Virus record (IMG/VR): IMGVR_UViG_3300030372_000757 | Coordinates: 1 to 31,394 of that record | Direction: 5' to 3' (one strand) | Length of the DNA: 31,394 bases | Source of the DNA: a virus | Taxonomy: Duplodnaviria; Caudoviricetes | Shown: positions 1-8,435 of the stretch, one piece after another | Layout: every line of letters starts with the position of its first letter | Numbering within the stretch: the first letter of the stretch is position 1 | Made by a program: the position numbers and the translations under genes | Notes under the pieces: model-generated | What the model saw: the letters and a program-made list of their open reading frames with translations, nothing else | Database searches by the model: none | What the model was told of the DNA's origin: nothing

Positions 1-2
1 TT

Positions 3-179
3 AAAGAATTGCAAGGACTAGGGATAAGTGCAGATAATTTAGCGACAGGAGATTTTTATGAGATTACCAGCAAATCTGAAACTGGTTTTACCATAAAATT
101 TAAGAACTCTGGTGGAAGTGTTATAGATAGAAACTTTGGCTTTGTAGCTAAAGGATTTGGGTTTTTAGAGAGTAGTTAA
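3..179 (+). CDS. Partial CDS: C-terminal 58 aa of a variant allele of the tail-tip protein
   Basis: Translates KELQGLGISADNLATGDFYEITSKSETGFTIKFKNSGGSVIDRNFGFVAKGFGFLESS*, 51/58 identical to the end of the 28017..31358 protein. Confidence 0.9.
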   Translation, partial: KELQGLGISADNLATGDFYEITSKSETGFTIKFKNSGGSVIDRNFGFVAKGFGFLESS

Positions 180-215
180 TTTAAAATTATTATGATAATC
201 TAAGTATTATTTTAA
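162..215 (+). repeat. 54-bp exact direct repeat, copy 1 (circular overlap)
   Basis: Identical to 31341..31394; the preceding base differs (g vs a). Confidence 0.95.
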
Positions 216-227
216 GGGAGTGAAAAA

Positions 228-1787
228 ATGAGCCAGAATGATTTTACCATAGCAAACCAGACCTTTCCGAATACTAGGGCTGACATAAATTCAGCTTTAC
301 AAGCATTGGCAAGTACCAGTTCTGGAAGCTCTGATCCTTCAACTACATTTGCTAATCAACTTTTTTATGACACTACAAATAATCTTCTTAAAATTAGAAA
401 TGAAGATAATGACGCATTTATTACCATATGCGAATTAGACCAAACTAATGACACAGTAGAATATTTTAAATCTGATTCTATAAGAACAGCATTGCTTGAA
501 TTTACAGATGGAGATGACGCACTTACCATAGCAGATGGTGGAGCTTTGACAACTGCTGGAAACTTATCCATAGGTGGCTCAAACAATGAATTAAGATTTT
601 ATGAAGGTAGTAATTATGTTGGCTTTGAAGCACCAGCTTTAACTGGCGACCAGATATTCGTTTTACCGAGTGCTGATGGCTCTGCCAATCAAGGTATAGT
701 AACAAATGGCTCTGGAACTTTATCTTTTGCAGATGTTGGTGGCGATTCTTTAAGACCTAATACTGAACCACTTATTATTAATGGTGATATGGCAGTAGCA
801 CAAAGAGGTACATCTTTAACAGGACAAACTGGCTCTGGATATCAAATGGATAGATTTGGTTTTTTAATGACTAATTTTGGTACTTGGACTATGACACAAG
901 AAACTGACGCACCAACAGGTAGTGGATTTGCTACCTCTCTAAAATGGAATTGTACTACAGCAGATACAAGTTTAGGTGCTGGTGATTTAGGTTTATTGCA
1001 CTACAGAATAGAAGGTCAAGATGTTCAATTACTTAAAAAAGGTACATCATCTGCTGAAAAAGTAACAGTATCTTTTTGGGTTAAGTCAGCAAAAACAGGC
1101 ACTTATATTGTAGAAGTTATTGACGCTGATAATACAAGATTTGTTTCAAAATCATATACTATATCAAGTGCTAATACTTGGGAGAAAAAAGTTTTAAATT
1201 TTCCAGCAGATACGACTGGAGTATTAGGTAATGATAATGGTAACAGTTTAGCGATTCAATGGTGGCTTGGAGCTGGTAGCACATATTCTAGTGGTACTTT
1301 AGGCGAAACTTGGAACACCACAAATGCTAATAGAGCAGTTGGTCAAGTAAATTTAGCAGATAGCACTTCAAATAATTGGTATTTAACAGGAGTTCAATTA
1401 GAAGTAGGAGAGTTTACATCTAGCACTATACCAGCATTTCAACATGAATCGTTTGGTAATAGCTTATTAAGATGTCAAAGGTATTTCCAAAAATATACAC
1501 AACCACCATTAATCGGTTCTGCTAATGCTACGAACACAGTAGCCAGAGCAAGTTTTGGTTTAATTACTTCAATGAGAACAGGAGCTACTGCAACACATAA
1601 TGGTACTTTCTCTTGGTTTTATTCCAATAGTCATCAACCACAAAGCACAGCTTTTTCTGCTACTTATACTGATGAAAATACTTTTGAAGCAGATGTAACT
1701 ATGACCAGTAGTGGTATGACAGCAACGCACCCATGTAGTGTTTTTCAATCTGGAACTGCTTCGTTAGATTTAGATGCAGAATTATAG
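228..1787 (+). CDS. Tail fibre / receptor-binding protein
   Basis: GGAG RBS; Thr/Ser/Gly-rich; C-terminal LIINGDMAVAQRG...VSFWVKS...GVQLEVG...RCQRYF beta-rich domain of a type I recognise from marine phage fibres; follows the tail-tip gene in circular order. Confidence 0.75.
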   Translation: MSQNDFTIANQTFPNTRADINSALQALASTSSGSSDPSTTFANQLFYDTTNNLLKIRNEDNDAFITICELDQTNDTVEYFKSDSIRTALLEFTDGDDALTIADGGALTTAGNLSIGGSNNELRFYEGSNYVGFEAPALTGDQIFVLPSADGSANQGIVTNGSGTLSFADVGGDSLRPNTEPLIINGDMAVAQRGTSLTGQTGSGYQMDRFGFLMTNFGTWTMTQETDAPTGSGFATSLKWNCTTADTSLGAGDLGLLHYRIEGQDVQLLKKGTSSAEKVTVSFWVKSAKTGTYIVEVIDADNTRFVSKSYTISSANTWEKKVLNFPADTTGVLGNDNGNSLAIQWWLGAGSTYSSGTLGETWNTTNANRAVGQVNLADSTSNNWYLTGVQLEVGEFTSSTIPAFQHESFGNSLLRCQRYFQKYTQPPLIGSANATNTVARASFGLITSMRTGATATHNGTFSWFYSNSHQPQSTAFSATYTDENTFEADVTMTSSGMTATHPCSVFQSGTASLDLDAEL

Positions 1788-1796
1788 GAGTAATAT

Positions 1797-1979
1797 ATGG
1801 AAGGTAAAATAGTAACATCAGCACAATATCAAACAGGAATGATTGGTAGTGGAAATGTAAGTATCAAAGCAACAATAGGTGGGCAAGAATGTTTTGTACC
1901 TATCAACACAGAGAACACAGATTATCAAGCTATACTTGCTTGGGTAGCAGATGGTAACACTATTGCAGACGCAGATTAG
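1797..1979 (+). CDS. Small fibre-associated protein (possible fibre assembly chaperone)
   Basis: AGGAG RBS; VPxxxxNxDYQxILxWVAxGNTI motif typical of small ORFs downstream of fibre genes. Confidence 0.55.
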   Translation: MEGKIVTSAQYQTGMIGSGNVSIKATIGGQECFVPINTENTDYQAILAWVADGNTIADAD

Positions 1980-1989
1980 GAGAAACTAA

Positions 1990-2670
1990 ATGGCTGGACT
2001 AAAAGTACATACAGCAGAAACAGCATACGCAGTAACTCAAGCTGAGATAAAAGCATGGAATAAAATAGATTCATCTGATGATGATACTGTTGTTGCATTA
2101 ATTGAAAGAGCTGTCCATAACTGGGCGAAAGAATATACTAACAGAACTTTGACCACAGTTACTTATCAACTTTTTATTGATTCTATTTATGATGTTGATA
2201 CACCTTTACAAGAAGGCATGTATGTCGGCATTGATAGAAACATTAGCACTAAAAATATTTTATTGCCAAAAAGCCCTGTATCAAGTGTTACTCACATCAA
2301 GTCGCATGATGACGCAGATACAGCAACCACTTTTGCCAGTTCAAATTATTATGTCGATAATGTAAGTGTTCCAGCAAAGATAGTGTTAAGGAAAGGTAAA
2401 AGCTATCCTACAAGTTTAAGAGTTGCCAATGGTTTAGAGATTCAATATGTGGCTGGATATGGAGCAACTACAGCAGTCCCTTATGATATTAAATCAGCTT
2501 GTTTAGAATATTCTGCTTATCTCTTTGAGCATAGAGGAGATTTATTAGATGGCAAAAGAGTATTAGCTCCAACAAGTGCGACACAATTATTACAGGCTTA
2601 TAGAATTAAATCTTTATCTGTCCACCCATATAGAGGTCAAGCTCAATATGTAGGACAAATGGGTGCGTAA
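1990..2670 (+). CDS. Head-tail connector (HK97 gp6 / phiE125 gp8-like)
   Basis: LPKSPVSSV...IQYVAGYG...VPYDIKSAC...FEHR...LLQAYR pattern; first gene of the neck cluster. Confidence 0.85.
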   Translation: MAGLKVHTAETAYAVTQAEIKAWNKIDSSDDDTVVALIERAVHNWAKEYTNRTLTTVTYQLFIDSIYDVDTPLQEGMYVGIDRNISTKNILLPKSPVSSVTHIKSHDDADTATTFASSNYYVDNVSVPAKIVLRKGKSYPTSLRVANGLEIQYVAGYGATTAVPYDIKSACLEYSAYLFEHRGDLLDGKRVLAPTSATQLLQAYRIKSLSVHPYRGQAQYVGQMGA

Positions 2671-2993
2671 TGTTAGGGCAAATGCGAAACAGAATTGTTA
2701 TCCAATCACTTGGAACATCAACTGATACTGGTGGCGGCCAAGCAGCTACTTTCTCAACAGCAAACACAGTATGGGCTAAAGTAGAAAACTTATCTGGTAC
2801 GGAAAATTCTTTTGGCGACCAGATACAAGATAGAAGCAATTATCGTTTCACCATAAGATATATTTCATCTTTGACACCAAAACATAGAATCAGTTATAAC
2901 TCAAAATTATTTAATATTCAGCATGTGGCTTCTTTATTAGAAGGCAAAGAAAGGTATCAAGTCATAGACGCAGAGGAAGGAGTAGCAACTTAA
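2670..2993 (+). CDS. Head closure / head-tail adaptor (SPP1 gp16-like)
   Basis: GQMRNRIVIQ...DTGGG...TVWAKV...FTIRY...FNI motif; TAATG coupling to the upstream gene. Confidence 0.85.
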   Translation: MLGQMRNRIVIQSLGTSTDTGGGQAATFSTANTVWAKVENLSGTENSFGDQIQDRSNYRFTIRYISSLTPKHRISYNSKLFNIQHVASLLEGKERYQVIDAEEGVAT

Positions 2994-3442
2994 TGACAGT
3001 CAAGGTAACTATTCAATCTAAGATGAAACAAAAGACTGATAAAGCCTTAGACCTATATGATGTTAAAACTGCTGGTTATCTTAACAATGTTGCCAATATG
3101 TTTAGAAATCATATTATGCAAGGTATTCAACAAACTCCGAGAGATGGTAAAACTTATATTAGAGGTGGTAAAACGCATATAGCTTCATCAAAAGATAATC
3201 CACCAGCGATAGACACAGGAAGATTAGTTAATAGTTTTTTTGTTGAATTAGCAACTAAAAGCAGAAACTTTTCATCAGTTCAAACTAGAGTAAGTTATGC
3301 AAATATATTAGAGCAAAGTTTTGCCAGAGGTGGATTGCAAAGACCTTTTATGGGTAAAGAATCACAAGCCTTCAAAGACACTAAACAATATGCTAATAGA
3401 AAATATAAAGATATATCATTGGGGAATGTAAAAATAACATGA
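2993..3442 (+). CDS. HK97 gp10-like tail component
   Basis: PAIDTGRLVNS...YANILE...RPFM motif; synteny. Confidence 0.75.
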   Translation: MTVKVTIQSKMKQKTDKALDLYDVKTAGYLNNVANMFRNHIMQGIQQTPRDGKTYIRGGKTHIASSKDNPPAIDTGRLVNSFFVELATKSRNFSSVQTRVSYANILEQSFARGGLQRPFMGKESQAFKDTKQYANRKYKDISLGNVKIT

Positions 3443-3846
3443 GCTTTCATTCATTTGACTTACAAACAATACTTTACTCAACCTTAAATGGCGACAGCAC
3501 TTTAGATGGTATTGTTGGTAATAATAAAATATTTGATAATGTTCCACAAGATACATCTTATCCTTATGTTGTTATAGGCAATATTAATGTTATCAACAGA
3601 GGAACAAAGAATTTAGATGGTAATGAATACAATATAGATATTGATGTTTGGTCAGAATATAGAGGTAAAAAAGAAATATCTAATGCTATGGAAAGAATTT
3701 ATGAGTTACTACACGACACGACATATTCTGTATCTGGTGCAGACATGGTAGTAAGTCAAGTAAGGAACACAATTACACTTGTAGAAAATAATGGAATTAC
3801 TAGACATGGAGTGCTATCCTTATCTGTGATTGTGTATGATAGTTAA
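3439..3846 (+). CDS. Tail terminator / completion protein (DUF3168-like)
   Basis: IFDNVPQ...YPYVVIG...IDVWSEYRGKKE...RHGV motif; immediately upstream of the tail tube gene. Confidence 0.85.
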   Translation: MSFHSFDLQTILYSTLNGDSTLDGIVGNNKIFDNVPQDTSYPYVVIGNINVINRGTKNLDGNEYNIDIDVWSEYRGKKEISNAMERIYELLHDTTYSVSGADMVVSQVRNTITLVENNGITRHGVLSLSVIVYDS

Positions 3847-3864
3847 TTTTAATGGAGATATATT

Positions 3865-4278
3865 ATGGCAGTACAAAAAGGTAGTGCGTTACTTGTCAAA
3901 ATTGGTAATGCTGGTAGCCCAGAAACATTTACAACTGTTGCTGGTCTAAGAGATACATCAATAAGCCTTAACGCAGAAACAATAGATGTAACAAATAAAG
4001 ATTCATCAAAAGTCAGAACATTATTAGCTGACGCTGGAATCCAAAGTTTTAGTATAAGTGGTTCTGGTGTATTTACTGATTCTGCAAGTGAAGCAAGTGT
4101 AAGAACAGCTTTTGCAGCTTCAACATTCAGCAACTTTCAATTACTTGTGCCAGATTTTGCAACCTTTACAGGTGCATTTCAAGTAACAACTATTGAATAT
4201 GCTGGATCATATAATGGCGAAGTAACTTATTCTATGTCATTTGAAAGTGCTGGTACGATTACATTTGCAACAGTATAA
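3865..4278 (+). CDS. Major tail tube protein (TP901-1 / GTA-type)
   Basis: MAVQKG..LLVKI...FTTVAGLR...NAETIDVT...SGSGVF...VPDF...EYAG.YNGE.TY...ESAG closely resembles GTA tail tube proteins. Confidence 0.92.
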   Translation: MAVQKGSALLVKIGNAGSPETFTTVAGLRDTSISLNAETIDVTNKDSSKVRTLLADAGIQSFSISGSGVFTDSASEASVRTAFAASTFSNFQLLVPDFATFTGAFQVTTIEYAGSYNGEVTYSMSFESAGTITFATV

Positions 4279-4292
4279 TTAGGGGGTAAATT

Positions 4293-4577
4293 ATGATTTA
4301 TCAAGTGATTAACAATACTGCATTGGCTTATACTGATAGTTCAGCAACCACAAGTGGATTGACAATCCCAAGTGGAGTGGTGAGATTATGTCCGACCACA
4401 GCTTGTCATATAAGTATAAACGCAGCTTCTGGTACAGACGCAACAGCAAACGATATGCACATAGGCATAGGCGAAGAAGCATTTGTCGCAATACCAAATG
4501 GCTATTTTATTAGTGCGATAAGAACTTCGGCTAGTGGTACACTTACCATACAAGCAATAGATATTGGGAGACCATAA
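4293..4577 (+). CDS. Hypothetical protein, probably structural
   Basis: Purine-rich RBS; Thr/Ser/Ala-rich; lies within the tail operon and is coupled to the next ORF. Confidence 0.6.
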   Translation: MIYQVINNTALAYTDSSATTSGLTIPSGVVRLCPTTACHISINAASGTDATANDMHIGIGEEAFVAIPNGYFISAIRTSASGTLTIQAIDIGRP

Positions 4578-4837
4578 TGTGGGAACTGAAAGCAATAGAA
4601 GTTGGCTCTAAGAAATTAGACGCACAAGTGAACATTGGTGAAAACAATGTTGAAATAGAAATACCTTATTACAAGGGTTTCAAAGATACAGATGTGATTA
4701 AAATTGACAAGAAATCTTACACAATCAGCTACGCAAAGAATCTTGGAGATAGAGACGAGGTTATTGTAATATTAACAAAATCGGAGAAAAACAATGAGCA
4801 TAAACAAGCTAAAAGCAGAAAAGATACTTCTGTTTAA
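4577..4837 (+). CDS. Hypothetical protein
   Basis: GGAG RBS and TAATG coupling; fills the operon gap. Confidence 0.6.
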   Translation: MWELKAIEVGSKKLDAQVNIGENNVEIEIPYYKGFKDTDVIKIDKKSYTISYAKNLGDRDEVIVILTKSEKNNEHKQAKSRKDTSV

Positions 4838-5144
4838 TGATACAGAGTACAAGGCAAGAATGAGCCTTGATACTATTATTAGGATAGAACAGGCTTTGGG
4901 CTGTAGCATATTGAAGCTAGGTAATAAGTTGGCACAAGCTGATATTACTATGACTGAGATAATTTCTGTTATAACTTTGGCAATAAGGGCTGGTGGAAAT
5001 AATATAAAAGACAAAGAAGTTAAAGGATTGATTGCAGAGATAGGCTTGTTAGAAGCAATTAAGATGGCTGGAGAGTTGGTAACTTTGGCTTTGAATGTTG
5101 ATGACGATACTGATGACGAAAAAAAAAGTCCAGTAGAGGAATAG
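4794..5144 (+). CDS. Tail assembly chaperone (gpG / GTA gp10-like)
   Basis: GGAG RBS; helical 116-aa protein between tail tube and tape measure, ending at an A9 slippery run. Confidence 0.8.
   Translation: MSINKLKAEKILLFNDTEYKARMSLDTIIRIEQALGCSILKLGNKLAQADITMTEIISVITLAIRAGGNNIKDKEVKGLIAEIGLLEAIKMAGELVTLALNVDDDTDDEKKSPVEE
5119..5128 (+). other. Programmed -1 ribosomal frameshift site
   Basis: GAA AAA AAA AGT contains the in-phase heptamer A AAA AAA; the -1 frame is open to 5350. Confidence 0.8.
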
Positions 5145-5350
5145 ACGAAGAAGCTGAACTACCATATCAGAGATGGATTGAAGTTTGTATTGGTATGATA
5201 GGTATTAATCCAGCAGTATTTTGGGATATGAGCATTACCGAAATAACTCTAGCGATAAAAGGATTTAGTGAGTTCAATGGTGGCAACAAGGATAAACCAA
5301 TGGACAAAGATGAGTTAAATGAATTAATGGAGTTATACCCAGATAACTAA
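5126..5350 (+). CDS. Frameshift-extended tail chaperone segment (gpT-like); not in the ORF track
   Basis: -1 frame reads KSSRGIDEEAELPYQRWIEVCIGMIGINPAVFWDMSITEITLAIKGFSEFNGGNKDKPMDKDELNELMELYPDN*; PxxFWxMSxxE and LMxxYPD motifs; stop overlaps the tape measure ATG. Confidence 0.82.
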   Translation, partial: KSSRGIDEEAELPYQRWIEVCIGMIGINPAVFWDMSITEITLAIKGFSEFNGGNKDKPMDKDELNELMELYPDN

Positions 5351-7284
5351 TGGCAACTGAACTAGACAAATTAATTGTAAAGATTGAAGCTGACCTAAAA
5401 GGTCTTAAGCGAGATATGGCAGAAGCCAATAAAGTAGTTGGCAACTCATCAAAAAGAATGAGTGGTGGTCTTAATAATCTTTCAAAAAGTCTTGCAAGTG
5501 TAACAGCCACAGCAACAAAGGTAGGTGCAGTTTTAGCTGTAGCATTTGGAGCTGTATTTGTAAAAGGTGTTATTGATACAGGAATACAAATTGAAAATCT
5601 CCAAATACGATTAAAAGCACTTTTTGGCACAGCAGCAGAAGGGGAAAGAGCATTTGAAAAAATGCTTGAGTTTGCTGGTAAAGTTCCATTTACACTTGGC
5701 GAAATACAACAGGCTTCTGGAAATTTAGCTGTTGTTGCAGATGACGCAGATGAATTAGCAAAAGTTTTAGAGATTACAGGTAATGTCGCTGCTGTAACAG
5801 GTCTTGATTTTAGACAAACTGCTGAACAAATCCAAAGATCATTTTCTGGTGGTATAGCTAGTGCTGATGTTTTTAGAGAACGAGGAGTTAGAGATTTACT
5901 TGGATTCTCTGCTGGAGCAACTGTATCTGCCGAACAAACAAGAGAAGCATTTGAAAGAGTGTTTGGTAAAGGTGGCACATTTGGAAATGTTACAGATGAA
6001 CTTGCTAACACTTTAACTGGTACTTTGTCCATGATTAAAGATAAATTTATGCAATTTCAGATTGCAGTAAGTGAATCTTTTTTTGCAGAATTAAAAATGC
6101 AATTTGGCGACTTAAATGTTTTTTTAGATAATAATCAAGAAAGAATTAAAGAGATTGGCAAAACATTAGGCGAATCTCTTGCTAAATTTGTCAGATTCCT
6201 TGTAGATAATATTGATAATATAAAATTATTTTTTCAAGTTTTGGCTGGAGCTGCTGTTTTAAATGCGATTGCTAGACTTCAAGCAAGTATAGGAGCATTG
6301 ACTTTAACTATGTTAGTGAATCCATTATTTATGATAATGTCTGGTGTTGCTTTGGGTGGTGTGGCAATTCATCAACTTACAAAAGAAGTTAAAGAATTTG
6401 TTGGAGCAAATGAGGAGTTAAATGAAACATTAAGATTACAGAATGAAGAATTTGAAAGAGTAAAAAAAGAAAGAGAAAATTATAGTAAAGGTGCAAAATT
6501 AGCAATCGAACAGCAGAAGAAAGAAACTAAAGCTCTTGCAGAAGCAAACAAAAAACTTAGAGAAAAATTTAAACTTGAAGCTCAAATGAAGCAGATAAAA
6601 ATGGACAGAGAAGCCGAACTTCAAGGAGAAGAATTTGATTTAGAAATGACACAACTAGACAAAATAAATCAAAAATTTGAAGATGTTGGCAAGAGTATTT
6701 CAACTGCGTTTGGTGAAGCTGTTGTTAGTGGCAAAGATTTCAAAGACAGTTTAGTTGATATTTTTCAAAGTGTATTACAGCAAGTTGTTGCTTTAATATT
6801 TCAATTACGAGTTATAGATCCGCTTTTAAAAGAAATTAAAGAATCTATGGAAGCAACTCAAATGGCAAGTGGTGGTGGAAGCAGTAATTTTTTACAAAAA
6901 GCATTAGGGTTTTTCATGGGTGGCTCTGGTGGCAGTACAGCAAGTTTAACAAATACAGATATGATAATGGGTGGTTTAACAGGTTCAGCTATGCCTTTAG
7001 GTGCAAGAGCTATGGGTGGGAATGTAAATCCAAATATGCCTTATATGGTTGGAGAGAGAGGTGCAGAAATGTTTGTACCTAAAACTGCTGGAACAGTAGT
7101 GCCAAATAATCAAATGGGTGGTGGTGTTACGATTGAGCAAAACCTAAACTTTGCTACAGGTGTAAGTCAAACTGTAAGAGCAGAAGTCTTGAACTTGTTA
7201 CCAGCCATAAAAGAAAACACATTATCAGCAGTAAGAGAAGCCAGATTGCGAGGTGGAACTTTTGCGAAGGACTTTGGAGCATAA
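5350..7284 (+). CDS. Tape measure protein
   Basis: ELDKLIVKIEAD start, PFTLGEI tape-measure motif, hydrophobic segments, coiled coil, C-terminal RAMGGNV...YMVGERGAEMFVP. Confidence 0.93.
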   Translation: MATELDKLIVKIEADLKGLKRDMAEANKVVGNSSKRMSGGLNNLSKSLASVTATATKVGAVLAVAFGAVFVKGVIDTGIQIENLQIRLKALFGTAAEGERAFEKMLEFAGKVPFTLGEIQQASGNLAVVADDADELAKVLEITGNVAAVTGLDFRQTAEQIQRSFSGGIASADVFRERGVRDLLGFSAGATVSAEQTREAFERVFGKGGTFGNVTDELANTLTGTLSMIKDKFMQFQIAVSESFFAELKMQFGDLNVFLDNNQERIKEIGKTLGESLAKFVRFLVDNIDNIKLFFQVLAGAAVLNAIARLQASIGALTLTMLVNPLFMIMSGVALGGVAIHQLTKEVKEFVGANEELNETLRLQNEEFERVKKERENYSKGAKLAIEQQKKETKALAEANKKLREKFKLEAQMKQIKMDREAELQGEEFDLEMTQLDKINQKFEDVGKSISTAFGEAVVSGKDFKDSLVDIFQSVLQQVVALIFQLRVIDPLLKEIKESMEATQMASGGGSSNFLQKALGFFMGGSGGSTASLTNTDMIMGGLTGSAMPLGARAMGGNVNPNMPYMVGERGAEMFVPKTAGTVVPNNQMGGGVTIEQNLNFATGVSQTVRAEVLNLLPAIKENTLSAVREARLRGGTFAKDFGA

Positions 7285-7911
7285 ATGGGACAGCCTACAT
7301 ATCCACTTACAATGCCTACTAGCCCAAACTTTGTAAGAAGTGAATGGGGTATCGCTAAAGCTGTAGCTCAAAGTCAAAGTCCATTTACCTATTCAACGCA
7401 AGTGCATGAGTTTACAGGTGCAAAATGGTACAGCACAGTTACTTTGCCACCCATGAATAGAACACAAGCAAACGAATGGTTAGCTTTTTTTATGCAATTA
7501 CATGGTAGATTCGGAACTTTTCTGATGGGTGATCCAGACGCAAGTGCTGTGCAAGGTACGATAGCAAATACGATTGCGGTAAGTGCTGACCATGCTGTGG
7601 GTGCGTTTGATGTAACAGTTGATGGTGCAGATACTTCTGAATCACAATTATTTAAAAAAGGCGACTATGTGCAATTTAATTCAGGAGCAACTAGCAAACT
7701 GCATATGATTATTGCTGATGTTGCAAGTGATGGAAGCGGTAATGCAACCTTAACAATAGAGCCACCTTTATCTGCGACATTAGCAAACAACGCAACAGTA
7801 ACATATGCAAGTCCTAAATGTGTTATGAGAATGATCAACAATGAGCTAACTTGGAGTGCGAATCACATTAGTTTATATGGAGTGTCCTTCTCATGCGAAG
7901 AGGTTTTATAA
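7285..7911 (+). CDS. Distal tail (Dit-like) protein
   Basis: Directly after the tape measure gene; SPFT..TQV...W...LPP...WLAFF..LHGR..TF...DP motif. Confidence 0.7.
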   Translation: MGQPTYPLTMPTSPNFVRSEWGIAKAVAQSQSPFTYSTQVHEFTGAKWYSTVTLPPMNRTQANEWLAFFMQLHGRFGTFLMGDPDASAVQGTIANTIAVSADHAVGAFDVTVDGADTSESQLFKKGDYVQFNSGATSKLHMIIADVASDGSGNATLTIEPPLSATLANNATVTYASPKCVMRMINNELTWSANHISLYGVSFSCEEVL

Positions 7912-8435
7912 TATTTTTATTTATAATGATGATTGCTTTAATATGGGCTTCAATGGCTTCATATGGTGCAGACAGTACAGTTAATTATAAAAACCAACCA
8001 CCACCATCAGCTATAGCTCCAAGTGTGCAAAGTTATTCTCAAATGATTTGTTCTTTCCCTGTAGTTGGAAGTGTGTCTACATCTGTAGTTGGTATTTCTT
8101 CTGGAACAACATTTACAGATTGGAATTGTGAACGAAGAATGTTATCAAATTCTCTCAGCAAGGCTGGATTAAAAGTTGCGTCAATATCTGTTCTTTGTGC
8201 TGGGAGCAAAGAAGTTTGGTCAGCTATGCTTCATTCTGGAACTCCATGTAGTATCTGGAATGGCAAAAAAGCATTGATAGGCAAAGAAGCAATTAAATTT
8301 TATAAAAAAATGAGATATATAGATAATTATGGGAATATACTTAAATACCCAGACTACTTGGGTGGTGATTATAATGTTAGTAATTATAGCAACTCAAAAG
8401 GTCAAGGCACAAGACACAACAAATCTCCTAAGTAA
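7893..8435 (+). CDS. Exported/membrane Cys-containing hypothetical protein
   Basis: N-terminal hydrophobic signal; PPPSAIAPS...NCERR...GLKVA...LC...GTPC motif. Confidence 0.7.
   Translation: MRRGFIIFLFIMMIALIWASMASYGADSTVNYKNQPPPSAIAPSVQSYSQMICSFPVVGSVSTSVVGISSGTTFTDWNCERRMLSNSLSKAGLKVASISVLCAGSKEVWSAMLHSGTPCSIWNGKKALIGKEAIKFYKKMRYIDNYGNILKYPDYLGGDYNVSNYSNSKGQGTRHNKSPK

Noticed and set aside
1-161. Diversity-generating retroelement template/variable repeat pair with 31180..31340
   Set aside because: Differences are mostly synonymous, involve all four bases rather than only adenines, and no reverse transcriptase is present.
5274-6032. 252-aa minus-strand ORF
   Set aside because: Antisense shadow of the tape measure gene, with no RBS or motif. 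The same applies to the other antisense ORFs over structural genes, e.g. 9507..9896, 21655..21969 and 25622..25864.
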